Notes: generated by a model from the sequence alone, not told the origin. A stretch of DNA of 63,982 nucleotides, filler included, from Reticulomyxa filosa (GCA_000512085.1; 17 parts of 17 records of this genome joined end to end with filler, not necessarily neighbours in it), one strand, 5' to 3'. Positions 1-12,341 are shown, counted from the first letter of the whole stretch. A program made the numbers and translations.

Positions 1-161
1 TGTATACGTATTGTGTAGTTTTTTTTTTAAAAAAAAGGTCAGCCAAAAATACGTATACGTTCATTTATTTTTTTTGCAAGTTTGTAGAAGAGATACACAT
101 CCCCCCCTCCCCCCCCTCACCGAAGATTTCAACAACAACAACAAAAAAAAAAGATGATAAC

Positions 162-456
162 TCAGTGTAAATGTGATGAAGAACATCTGCACAAAGATTT
201 GATAGATAAAGGCACGGAAGTATAACAGATGCGGGTTGTCTTCATAACCAATCATTTGGACCAAGAAAGCAAATGGACGCTCGGATATTTCAAATATTAT
301 GCTGCACAGCCCGGAGAAAAGGGCCAAGTGACCGAAACGCTTTCTTATGCATGGGTCATTTCGAACGTTATAGTAACGGTAACACAGCACACAACTCACA
401 GCTGGAAAAACTACACACTGCAACACAGGCACCAAGACTAGAAGCGCTGATATCAT
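162..456 (-). CDS. 5' exon of a multi-pass membrane protein (7TM, possibly 7TM-RGS-like); rest lies beyond the window edge
   Basis: MISALLVLVPVLQCVVFPAVSCVLCYRYY..IRKRFGHLAL.. gives three hydrophobic segments with a basic R-K-R loop after TM1; GT donor near 161 followed by a low-complexity intron. Confidence 0.55.
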
Positions 457-902
457 TTCACTTTTTTTTTTTCTCTCGACGTTATGCTGCTGGAGCAAAC
501 TATTGTTCAATATTTTAATTGAAATCTTTATGTTAAAACTCGAATTGGGAAACACGTGCTGTTCACTTTTCACTGCACGGTACCCTTGGTATGTGAACTG
601 CTTCTGTAAAGCAATATGATATATCGTAATTTGTTCATCATATAATAAAGTACGAAATTCATTTAACACAATGTGTTGAATTTTTTAAAAAATTAATATG
701 GCTGATGGATACTAAATAAAGATTAGAATCAAAATCTTATAAAAACTTGAAGAGTTATTTACAGGACTTCTATGGTTTGTACTGTACAATATTTCTTGCA
801 GTTGTTGACAAAAAAGAAATAGCAAAATGTTGGCAAAGTAATTACTTTTTTCTAAAAAGTATGTAATAATTGTTGTATATACGTGGCTGATTAACTATAA
901 CA

Positions 903-3197
903 ATGGAATGAATCATCATGTTTGAACAACTTCAACAAACGTTTCTTAAGACAGAAAAAGAAGTTGTTTTAAAAGCATGAAGCAATGTAATGGAAATGTT
1001 GAAGAAGCAAAGGCTCTCTTAACTTGGATAACAGAAAACACGTAACAATACATTTTTATTTTCTTTTTTTAAATAAAACATTGTATTGCAGTATTGGTTA
1101 ATACAGTACAGCAACAACATTTGCTGGTGTTATTTCGGGATTTCGGAAAAATACTTGAAAAATTGTAATCAAATTTTTGTTGACACACTTGAGAAATTAA
1201 AAAAGATTTGCGCAACTTTCAACCTAAACGGGTTAAATATAAATGAAATGTACATGTACTACTCTAAAATAAAATGGGAAAATACATGCAATGCTTTGGA
1301 TTAAAAAAAAAATATGATAATAATTGGTATTATCAACATGATCATTTCAATTTTCATGGTTATGGATATGCTACTTTCACTGGACCTATTGACAGACCGT
1401 GTACTTGTTATATATGTGTTTATTTTGTTGTTTTAATAAGACAAATGGTATAATCAATCATTTCAAATAGATATAAAACACAATCTTATTTTCCAAAAGA
1501 GTGTGTATGTTATCGGAGGAAAATGGAAAGATTATTAATTTTATTTGATTATGGACATCGAACAATAATGTTATTTGATGAAAATAAATTAAAAATAAAG
1601 TCATTACAAGTTGGAAATCCAAGCAAATCATCATTGAAATTCAATGTTCATATTCAATGCTATAATGATTTTCTGATGTCAATAACACATATGCCAAATT
1701 GCCTTGTCTCATCTTCAATCATACCTGGTACTTCCGCACAATTGACAAAGATGAATTATCAAATTATATATCAGTTAATGAAAACATACAAATATCTTTA
1801 TCAATTACCAATTTTTGATCGTATAATTCAATCTCTTTCAAATAACACAATTGCTTAATTATTGCACTTATATTTCATAGGAGTTTAGCTCTTTCCACAT
1901 TATTTGGGAAGATTATGATGATAGAGCGCACAAAGAGTCATTGAATCCATATTCAACGACTTTCAAACAACACGTAAAAGATAAATTACAAAAGAGAGAA
2001 AATTTTGCAAATGGAAGAAGCGAATTAATATATTTTCAATGTAAATTTGACAAATGTAGACCGGCAATGCCAGCAAAAATGAATGACTCAGATGTATTAT
2101 CACATGATATTTACAAATATCTTCCTCATTATCCAATTATTCAAGTACATTGTGAAATATTTTATATATTCATGGCACCCTACAAACGCACAATTAGTAT
2201 TGAAAGAAATAATTTACCAAAAAGTGTTCTAATTTAAGATAGTGCTATTTCATCAACCAAAAATCTAAATTCAATCCATTATAATATGAATGCGATTTAC
2301 ACAAACTCAAAACTATTCAAGATACAGTACATGTATCATGACGATATTCATAAACAAATGGGATATCTACTTCAATTATGGCATATTGTATTGTGGTAAA
2401 TCGTGTAATGTTCAATTCAGTTATGATCAAATACAATTTAGACATCATAATTGGCCTTATTTGGATTGCTATTTGTGGAATGCTATCAACATACTTCATT
2501 CACATGAAAGAAGAGAAGGAAGTGAAATGGAATTATATTGTGGATTGAAAAATGTGAGATTGGAGAATATTAAAGAAATAAAATTTGGATTTTTCATAAG
2601 TCGTGTAAGTAATTCTGATGACATTCAAGTTGCATAAATGTATAGAAGTCATTAAGGATGTATTTTACATTTTCATCCTTCTATGAGAAGAGCAGGTGGA
2701 ATATTTAGTTGTGATATCTCCATTCAAACATAAACGTAAAATTTTGTTTGCAAGGTCTTTAATAGTCATATTCTTAATGAGAAAACATATAGAGAACAAT
2801 TTGCATGGAATGCAAAAATAGATAGTGAAGATGAATATACGCAAATGATATTATTGACATGGGTACAATATGATCAGTATATCCAACAAACGATGAAAAC
2901 AAGTGCAATGCCGAATCACTATATTGATTTCGATCTTATTTATGTAGCACTTCATCATTGTTGTGAAAATAATATAAGTAAAATGTTTAAATTATTATTA
3001 GAGTTTAAAGAATGGAAACTTCGAGATAACCATGAACAAAATTACAAAAAAAGAAAGAATTTTTAGAAAGACGTTGCAATTACAATATCAATTTATTATG
3101 TATTTTCTTTCTGAAAGACATAAAAAGTGAAAGCTTTTGAACATCAATATTAAATATTATTCACAATGGATTGCCATTTGTTAAAAAGAAGAATAAA
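903..3197 (+). pseudogene. Degraded gene: N-terminal CUE/UBA-like domain plus ADP-ribosyltransferase-like (R-S-E type) domain
   Basis: N-terminal FEQLQQTF..KEVVLKA.KQCNGNVEEAKALL; core MELYCGLKNV...GFFISRVSNSDDIQVA*MYRSH*GCILHFHPSMRRAGGIFSCDIS..KHKRKILFARS; multiple stops and frameshifts; paralog at 36879-37592. Confidence 0.6.
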
Positions 3198-4868
3198 TAT
3201 AAAAACGTGTTAAATTTGTAAAAGAAATGTTAATTTTTCCTTAAACAGAAATCAAACAACATTCTATATGAAATAAATAAATTGGAGGTGATTAGCAACA
3301 AATCCACTCGGATTAATTTCTCACTACATAACAAATTCATATTTCTAAAATGTATTGAATTTTTTAATTTTTTTAATTAATTTATATTAATAACTGAATC
3401 GGTACTGATATTAATAATTAAAATTTGCTCATAAGTGGAGTGTCCTGGATTGTGGACCATAATATATTTTGGAATGGATGGAGGACGGAAACAAAGGAAT
3501 TAATACTTTTCTACTTTTTCCATTATCTTTAATTATAATATATTGATTCTTATACGTTATCATTGGAGTATATTTGTAAATATTTGGTGATAACTCGTGC
3601 ATTGTCGTATATGTTTCGATTTTAGTGATATTGTTAATTTGTTCATTGATTTATTTGTGATATTTGATGTAATTAATTATGGTTCATATGGTATAACAAT
3701 TGATTTGTTCATATGTTTTTCATAAGATATTTCACTGGGTTCTTTAATCAGTGTTTTATCTTGTGACAATGAGTTTGTATTAATGTCCACAATATCTACT
3801 TTTGCTAATTGAATATTTGCATCAATATTCATAACATTAATTTATGTTTATATACTTGTTGTTGTGATATTCTGACAATATCAATATCGACTTGATAAAC
3901 GTGTTTTCATTTATATTCTCATCATTATCATTATTATCAAATAATGATAATCTGAAATTAATGTTAAATATAGTGGTCCTTCACTTTAAACAATGAATTA
4001 TGGTAATAATGATAATTTTTGTAATAGTAACTTTATCTTCTTCTTTTTTTTGTTCTGTTAATTGTCGTCCTTTTTTGTACTACAATAAAAAACAAATAAA
4101 AAATGACATTTGTTATATTATTGTATATTACACACAATCATTTAAATACACATTATTATTCAATATCAATTCACATTAATATACTAATAAGGAACTGCCC
4201 TTCAACCAATTTTTCATTCATTTTTCACATTATCCAATTAATGTCAAGAAATTTCATGTATCAATTTTTGCAATTTTTTCCATTTGTCATAAATCATAAA
4301 ATTAATTTCTAATTCCAATTAATATCATTCATTTATTTCCATTTAATTTCATTTATTATCAAGTTAATTGGTTTTTTAAGAAAAATATTTAAACTCAACA
4401 TAACAAAAACAGTTTCAAGAAATTCTTCCGTGCGTTCAGATGTCTTGTTTGGTTCAGGTATCTTGGGGGGTATCAGACGCTTTTGGTGTACTCATCTTTT
4501 TCTTTCGAAACATTATCTTTTCTAATGAAGCGACAGTCAATGGGAACTCTTGGAATTGGAGTTTTATAGATTGTTTTTAAGTTTGTTAAAAAACAGCAAT
4601 AATAAATCTTTTTGTTTTAGTCATGATGAATACATACTTACTTTAATCAGATTCACATTACATTGATTTTTTAATTGATAAAAATTTTGAAACAAACTTG
4701 TAAAAAAAAAATGAATTTAGATAGACCAGGTAAGTATTTTGGCAATTTTTGTGAAAAAAAGGATTGTTAGATCAAATACGGTTCATCACAGGAAAAGGAC
4801 AGTTTACTTTAAAAAAAACTTGACAAGTTTCAAAAAATCGAAAGCAAGGGCAGTAAGTATAAACGAAA

Positions 4869-5509
4869 ATGAAGATTACTTTTCTCAACAGAGAAGGAGC
4901 CATTGATCTTTTCGTGGTGGTGGCGGTTGCAAGACTAGGGGTGGTCGCCCCCATACTGTGTTACAAACTGTACAACTTTCGAAAGTACCAAAGATTGGAA
5001 TTTATTCACCGAAGAAGGCCTTTATTGACAACTGTACTGGCTGTTTGTACCATTATTGAAATTGGTAAAGATATTTCTTTTTTCCATCCACCCCCCCCCC
5101 CCAAATCAAAAAATGAATAAGGTCAATCGTGTACGTATCACCAAAAAAAAAAAAAAAAAAAGTATTGCTTCCGATATGCCGTTACGGGGCAATATTTGGC
5201 GAAGGACTTGAGCGCACAGTTTATAACTGGCTTACATTATTAATTTTAGTGCACGAGACATTACTGATTCCCCGTTTTTGGTTTTTGTTTTTCGACTGGC
5301 AGGTAGGGAAGGACTTGAGCAAATTGGAATGGAAGCAGTATCTGTATTTGGGCCAATTGCAAGTTCAAGAAGCGACGGGATGCAATACAGCTAAAAGTGA
5401 GATGTCGACGTCCGAGTTGGCACAAATGGCCAATAGCAATGTCGACGTCAATGAAAATAACAATGACAATAACAATGACAATGACAATGACAATGACAAT
5501 GACAATGAC
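4869..5509 (+). CDS. 5' part of a 7TM-like membrane protein (exons about 4869-5064 and 5163-5509), truncated by contig end
   Basis: TM1 (LFVVVAVARLGVVAPILCY), IHRRRPLL loop, TM2, GT..AG intron with poly-C/poly-A, TM3 ending LLIPRFWFLFFDW, then an N/D repeat; same layout as the 162-456 gene. Confidence 0.6.
5450..5509 (+). repeat. (AATGAC)n hexamer repeat encoding an Asn-Asp tract
   Basis: Direct tandem repeat running into the contig end. Confidence 0.9.
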
Positions 5510-5609
5510 NNNNNNNNNNNNNNNNNNNNNNNNNNNNNNNNNNNNNNNNNNNNTTAATTAATTAANNNNNNNNNNNNNNNNNNNNNNNNNNNNNNNNNNN
5601 NNNNNNNNN
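5510..5609. other. Artificial contig linker N44-TTAATTAATTAA-N44, first of 16. Others: 7618-7717, 8878-8977, 16657-16756, 21284-21383, 22630-22729, 24371-24470, 32705-32804, 35457-35556, 41228-41327, 43803-43902, 46530-46629, 48232-48331, 60166-60265, 61304-61403, 62693-62792
   Basis: Identical 100-nt spacer whose core gives stop codons in all six frames; genes and base composition break abruptly at each one. Confidence 0.99.
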
Positions 5610-6819
5610 CAATCTTTGCGGATCATTGTTGGCGTGGCAGCCAGAGACTTGTGCGAGCATATGTTAATGCTAAGTTTTTTTCAATTTTTTCCAGTTATCA
5701 CCGCAAGACATTTCTACGAACTTTTCATTCTTTTATTGGCACATTCTATTGGAAGGTAGTGAAGTCTGAAAACACGAAGTCCTCTCTCGCGGGCGTGAAG
5801 GGCCAGTACATAAACATACTAAGCAATCTGGTGATAAACTTTTTTTTAAAAAAAGCAAATCCAGTGTGATAATGTTTCGATATTCTCTTTCTATTCATCT
5901 TCTTCATCATAATACTATTCTTAGTTGCCAATGTATTGACGGAGTTTCGCACAACTCCTCCACCAAGTTGATCCACTCCATATGGAATGTTCTACAAATG
6001 TAACAATTTTCTCGATTGACGTGAGTGTGCATTCACTAACAACTTCGACGTTTTTTTCTTCACCAACTTCCACTTCTTATCTGCCGCCATTGCCACCACC
6101 TTTTCTACTTTGCACGTATCAAAATTCTTTCTTCTTAAATAGCTTTCTTTCGTCGACTGGCTGCACCAAGGCCCATCTTTCCGGGGTCGATCTGTGAAAA
6201 TCTTGTTTGACTGTTCTACGAGACAGGCTGGACTTAGTATTTAAAAAAAGAAGTATACCTTGTGATGATAGACACACTTTGCGCGGGCATTTCCAGTATG
6301 AAGTTCTATTCTTTTTTTTTCATCTTGGGTATATTCGTTGCGAATGATCCCTACAATCAGACTATGCACCAACCAAAATCCAAGTTGCGAATATGCGTAC
6401 GCACATAATCAGTTTCGATACGATCATTTATCGCCATTTTTATAACAACTGAGCTTCCCTTGTTTGCTGGAACATTTAAATCGCAGTCGAGCTATCTTTG
6501 AAGTAATTGTTGACTTGGCACAGTACCAGACATTTGTTTGCACTTGTGTTGATTATCGAGTTCTTTCCACTTGTTCCGGTTACTTCTAGACATTTCCACA
6601 CTATTTATTAATTTGATATCACATTGAATGTTCTCACAATTGCCTGATTAAGTAACTGTCGAACGGACTAGACTATTCCATACACCCAACGTTTGGATTG
6701 TCAATCTAAGTATTGAGTAAAATTTTTTTTTCATTCTTGGGCATCGTCGTTCAAGATTTCACCTGCCATAATAATAATAAAATCTAGAGTTGCGCATATG
6801 CGCACGTACACGATGCGAT

Positions 6820-7190
6820 GTTTTTTTCTTTTTTCTTATTTTTCTTCATTTTTCTCTTTTATTCAATACCCTTTTCCCTTTTTCTTTTTTAATCTTTTTT
6901 ACATTTTTGAAATTGCCATTTTTTTTTTTTTACATTTTTCAACATTTTATTTTTTTTCATTTTCTAATTCTTTTTTATTTTCTAATTATTTTTCATTTTC
7001 CTTAATAAAAATTTTTATCATTTTTTTCCCCTTTATTTTTTACTTTTCTTCAATATCTTTTTCCAATCTTTTCCCCATATTTTCCCATCTTTCCCCCATA
7101 TTTTCCCAACCCTTTTGCAACTATTTTAATAATATTTTCCCACCCTTTTCAAAACAATTTTCCCATCTACTTTTTCCCTCTCAAATATAA
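6820..7190. repeat. Pyrimidine-rich low-complexity tract with TTTTCCCCATAT-like units
   Basis: T/C-dominated sequence; the F-rich ORFs here are compositional artefacts. Confidence 0.8.
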
Positions 7191-7717
7191 ATAAAAAATA
7201 AAAAATAAATTATAAAAAAAAATTTCCAAATTCGATTTGATCTTGACTCCTATTCAAACATTCGCAAAGTTTTTTTTTCATTTTTTAAAAAAACACAAAC
7301 ATACTTTTGCATTTGAGCTCAAAGCTCTAATACCAATTTTCCTATATTTTTTCTTTTGCACAGGACAAACATGTAAATTTTTTGGTGGGGGCATGCCTAT
7401 TCAAATACAAACATACTTTTCATAAAAAAAATTAAATAAAAAATGAAAAAATAAATAAACCTTTTCATTTTTTTTTGGACATGGGGGTGGCTTCAACCCC
7501 GAAGTTTTGCTTTGTAGGGAGGGGACGTATAATTTTTTATTTTCTTTGGACAGAGGGCTGCAGCTGTAATTCAAAAAACACATAATATCATTATGTAAAA
7601 AAAAAAAAAAAAAAAAANNNNNNNNNNNNNNNNNNNNNNNNNNNNNNNNNNNNNNNNNNNNTTAATTAATTAANNNNNNNNNNNNNNNNNNNNNNNNNNN
7701 NNNNNNNNNNNNNNNNN

Positions 7718-8202
7718 TGATGCAGGCTAACGGCAAAACAGGTCAGCAGCTGCAATTGTTTACCTCGCAATATCCGGCACAACGGATCAGCCTGTACCGG
7801 CAAAAAACGCTGACAAGTGCAGAACAACAGATGAGTTACCAGCAGCGTTATGATGTAGCCATCACAACAACGGGCTCTACCCCAGCTGTAACCTTACCGC
7901 AACAGGAATCCACGCTGGCGGCGCAGGCCAGCAAACTAGCGCAAGGCTGGCAGTTTATCGCAGTGCCGGTTGAATTGGCCGGGTTAGGTCAATACAGCCG
8001 GTTGCAGTTGACCGCCAAAGGTCAAAACGCCAATGGCCAAGCTGCGCAGTGGCGCCTGACGGCACCACTGAACAGCACATTACCGCGGCTGCAACTGCCG
8101 TCAGCATTTAGTGGCGCATGGTCGGTTGTGCAACCGAGTTTAACGCTCAGTGTGCAAGGGTATGCCAACAGCTGGGATGAAAAACATTGCGCAACGAGTT
8201 AA
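7718..8202 (+). CDS. Bacterial hypothetical protein, C-terminal part
   Basis: Open frame from contig start to TAA 8202; about 50% GC, gammaproteobacterial-like codon usage, Q/A/L-rich, no introns. Confidence 0.6.
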
Positions 8203-8303
8203 TTGCACTGCAAAACGGCAAAAACCACAGCGACAGACAGCCGATTTGCCACCTATCGGGAAGAGTCCATTACGTTAAAGGCAATTAAACGCACTCTCAA
8301 CCA

Positions 8304-8329
8304 CCCAGCGCTTACTCGGATGCGCTGGG
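8304..8329. terminator. GC-rich hairpin between convergent bacterial genes (possible terminator)
   Basis: CCCAGCGC-ttactcggat-GCGCTGGG, 8-bp perfect stem; no strong U-tract. Confidence 0.35.
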
Positions 8330-8374
8330 CAGCGAAGCTATTTAAAACGCACATCTGCAGGCAGCATGCGCCGG

Positions 8375-8877
8375 TTAGCCTTGATACAGAGTCCGGATCC
8401 ACTTCTCCTCGGTGATAAAATTCCAGTGCCAGCTTTGCCACTGCTCAGATAATCCCTTTGCAACCGCTTGTTCGACTGTCAGGCCCTGCTGGCGCATGGC
8501 CTGCACCTCAGCACGGGTTGCCAGCATCATGTCATAAAAACGCTGCAAACCGGCTTTGTCCATTAAAGCACCATGCCCAGGTACAATTTTGGTCTGGTCA
8601 TTCACTGCTGCTAATAGTTGTTTGACATTCGCAATATAGCCATCCACCGAGCCGCCGCTGTTTAAATCAATAAAGGGGAAACGGTCGGCAAAAAACAGGT
8701 CGCCGAGGTGCACCACATTCTGCTGTTTAAACCACACCACCAGATCGCCATCGGTATGACTGGCCGGCATCGGCTGTAAGACGACCTGCTGACGAGCAAT
8801 ATTTAAGGTTTTGCTATCGGTAATGGTTTCGGTCGGTAAACCGGCTGGCGCAAACTTGCTGTCCAGTGCCAGCCGCT
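8375..8877 (-). CDS. Bacterial MBL-fold metallo-hydrolase (cyclase-like), 5'-truncated
   Basis: SHTDGDLVVWF..NVVHLGDLFF..FPFIDLNSGGSVDGYI..KIVPGHG: the H, GD and PGHG metal-ligand motifs of the MBL fold; frame open to the contig end. Confidence 0.9.
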
Positions 8878-8977
8878 NNNNNNNNNNNNNNNNNNNNNNN
8901 NNNNNNNNNNNNNNNNNNNNNTTAATTAATTAANNNNNNNNNNNNNNNNNNNNNNNNNNNNNNNNNNNNNNNNNNNN

Positions 8978-9344
8978 AATATTATCTGGATCTGCAGATA
9001 AAAGTGTTCGTTTGTGGGATATTCGGTCTGGTCAACAAATTCAAATGTTCAATGGACATGAAAGTGTTGTGTATGCTGTTGAATATTCACAATTTTTAAT
9101 AAAGAATAATATTGGCAATTCAAATGTGATATGTTCTGGATCAAGTGATAATACAATTCGTTTTTGGGATATTCGATCAGATAAGAATGAATTATTTATG
9201 ATTAAAGGAGATGAGAAAAAAGATAATGGAATAGTGTGTCTTAAATTTATTGTATTGAAAAATAAAGATAAGACAAAGAATGTTACATATGATTTGAATT
9301 TGTGTTATGGCTCAAATAATGGTCTCATTCGTATTTGGGGATAA
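8978..9344 (+). CDS. WD40 repeat protein, C-terminal fragment (expanded family ending ..LCYGS..G.IRIWG*)
   Basis: ILSGSADKSVRLWDIRSGQQIQMFNGH..ICSGSSDNTIRFWDIR. Confidence 0.9.
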
Positions 9345-9910
9345 TTTACTTTTTGTTAAATAAGAAATGAAAGTGTTTTTGTTTGAAAGTTTGATTAAAA
9401 GAAAAGTAAGACGATATTGAGCTTGTTTGATTTGATTGAATGCAAGCATGAAAGATGTGTTCTATTTCACTTTGTTGTTTAAAAAATTGAAAATGCTACG
9501 TTTAAGTATTTTAAAGAATTCAAAACATAATTAATGAAAATTGTATTCAAATAGCAAAATAGATTGCAACATCAAATTAATTTTCAATATCTTGTATCGT
9601 TTGTCTTAGACATGAAGCATTGAACAAGAAGCTAATTCGGAATTTGTACTTATTTTCTCATTAGACAATTTTGTGAACATACATATTAAGCCGCATTAGA
9701 TGAATAAAATCAAAATTCTTAAAACAGAAAAAAGTTAAAGGGACAGAATAGTACATTATTGAAGGCAATATTTTCTCCTAAATTAAGATATAAACGATCA
9801 ATAATTCAAAAAATGAAATCAAATAGAGATCCTTCGATATCTCAGCGATAGTTCTTTCTCCAACGCAGCAACTGTTAAAAGATGTTCAGAATCGAAGTTC
9901 ACTAATTCAT

Positions 9911-10270
9911 TAGAATGCAAAATAAAGCTGACACCTAAAATGGCACCTTATATATGTTATTGATTTTTTTCATTCAGACCTAATTTTTTGAAAAAATCTA
10001 CGCATCGAATACGTTCTGAAACTTCTTTAAAAAAAGTTGACAAATTTCATTGTTACGATACAGTCACGATTGAAACTTTTTCTCAAAAATTTTGAAAAAT
10101 CAATAAAATATTCAAATATTTGAAACAATTATGAAAGATTTAATAAAAACTAAATTCAAAATCATATTAAAAACTACACAATTTGCTTATATTTTTCTTT
10201 AAATAAAAAAAAATTACGTATGAATGTTGTTTTTTCATACTTCCTTAAGGTCGTTATAACACATTCAAAA
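9911..10270. mobile_element. Degenerate MITE-like element bounded by inverted copies of the TACAGTAG TIR family
   Basis: 9911-10010 matches the reverse complement of 18975-19112 and 62815-62956; 10150-10260 matches the same sequence in the opposite orientation. Confidence 0.5.
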
Positions 10271-11057
10271 CTTTAACTATGTGCAACATCAAGATTTTTT
10301 CACATTATGTAATTCTTTTAATTGAATAATTTTATATGCAAATAATTCATCTATTTCGAGACTTCAAAAGAAATTTTTGTTCTGTTTTTTTTCTTCTATT
10401 TTTCAATTTTTGTGGATTATATCTTCTTCGCACTTGTTTAACCAATCTTTACGTAGCTCAAATCGATCAACAATAATACTCAAATTGTTCCTACCATACT
10501 TCGAGCTATATAACAAGTAAGCCACATATTTCTAATAGTTCTAAACACAAATCCTCTTGTACGCAATTGATAGCACAGTCACGAACTAATAACTGATTCT
10601 AAATATAACATGATGCTGTTTTCAAGTACAAAAATAAGGTGCTGTATTTGAGCTTGCATTTCTAGCATTAAACTGTCCAAGTCGTGATAGTTCAAACAAT
10701 AATCCTTTATTTCATTGAATTTAGCAGCACCAATATTTATCCTGGTGAAAATTACTGTTTTTCAAAAATTTTGAATTTTGTTCGTTGTTCCATTGTTTTG
10801 CGCTTTGGTACAATAGCCATAAAAGTGAGTATATGTACAGATTTCCAAATGGCATAGAAAGAGTTGAACTTCTGTGTGTTTGAAATGTAAGTCTAATAAT
10901 TCAACAATTGATATTTGATAATTGATAATCCAGACTGTAAACTTTTTTAAAAAATGTACGAGTCAATAAAGACCAAAATCAAAAATCATATTTAAAGACA
11001 ACATGATTTATATATGTTTTAATTGTGCTCTTTCATGAAAAAATCGATATGTCAAAC

Positions 11058-12341
11058 TTATTCCATTCTACTATATTTGATAATGATTTTATTAAAAATC
11101 ATCGATCCATCCTAATTTTATTTTTAAAGTTCGAACCCAATATTGAATAACAAATTTTGTATCATTTTCTGACTGTTGATTATTTGTATACATTAATTTA
11201 TGTCTAATAAAAAAAAAAACATAGATCTAAATTGATAAAAGAAAGATTACCAATTCTGAAACATCCCATATGCGCACTTTTGTCTTCATGTGAGTTGATA
11301 CTATAGTATCTTTATCATTTTGCCCTCCGATAATGTGTATATTAGTGTTGTCTTCACTTAGTATTGCAACACAATCGTACAATGGACTGGGTAAAGTATT
11401 TTCAAATGTTATCCATTTGTTTTCTCGAATTGAATATTTGTGCACTGACTTTGAAACAGCAGAATCCCAATCTTTCCAACCATACGCACCAAAAAACAAA
11501 ATGACATCATTGACATACACATATGCATATTTATAGAATGGAGCAATATCATCACAAACAGATAATTGATGAAATAGAAAAGTGTTGACATTTTCATCAT
11601 ATTTAATTGATAATCCTAGTCCACCACAAAATAACAGCATTTCATTATTTTTTTATTTTTTGCTTCATTCATTTTCACCATTTTTGACTTTGATACAAAG
11701 CAATGAAATGATATGCCATTTCTAGTTGGTAAAGTATCATGTTTAATAAATTGAAATGTATTTAAATCAAACACACTAATATTGTGTGGTCTATAAGTGA
11801 TAAATAGCAAATGATTGTTGCTTCCACCAATCAATGTACGCACTCCATTATAATAATCTCCATTTCTTCCAATGTGAAATGGGTTATTGTTATCGTTTGT
11901 TAAAGGGACCCATTCATTATAATTGCTTAATTTCTCTAATTTCTTTGATTTATTCATTTCGTTGTCATTACTCCAAACGCTTGCATATTTCATTACTAAT
12001 GTATGTCTATATTGATATCCACCAAAAGACAACAAAGTAATTTCATTGTTATCTTTATTGTTGTTATCCATCAGTTTCACTACACAGTGTCCATCTAATA
12101 TTACATCATTTGGATACTCACATATAAACTTATATTCATTTTTGAGTATATGATAAGAATAACAATATCTTTTAAATTCACCTCCACAAATGAGGATTTC
12201 ATGTTTGTGTAGGACACATTGAGATTCTGTAAGTGGAACAGGCAAATCCTTCAAATTTTGAAATGGAGCTGAAGTAGTAATATATTGACTTTGTCCATTT
12301 TGTCTTTTAGAAAGTTTCTGTGCTGTGTTTCGATTAGCCAT
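11058..12341 (-). CDS. Kelch-repeat protein with a C-terminal shared-module exon (11058-11172; intron 11173-11250); two homopolymer frameshifts (pseudogene or sequencing error)
   Basis: LPVPLTESQCVLHKHEILICGG, LLSFGG, VHKYSIRENKW, IHIIGG; frame breaks in the A-run near 11650 and the T-run near 11095. Confidence 0.85.

Noticed and set aside
2630-2660. In-frame TAA at Gln positions suggesting a ciliate-like TAA=Gln code
   Set aside because: The same loci also carry frameshifts and stops at non-Gln sites, while intact genes here have no internal TAA and end in TAA (SLC12, WD40).
5554-5565. Recurrent TTAATTAATTAA palindrome flanked by N runs, superficially like a repeat array
   Set aside because: Artificial six-frame-stop linker; adjacency across linkers has no biological meaning.
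6790-7190. Phe-rich ORFs resembling membrane proteins
   Set aside because: Translation of a T-rich low-complexity tract.
10430-10920. Coding-like minus-strand stretch between the MITE and the Kelch gene
   Set aside because: All frames are interrupted and no motif was recognised.
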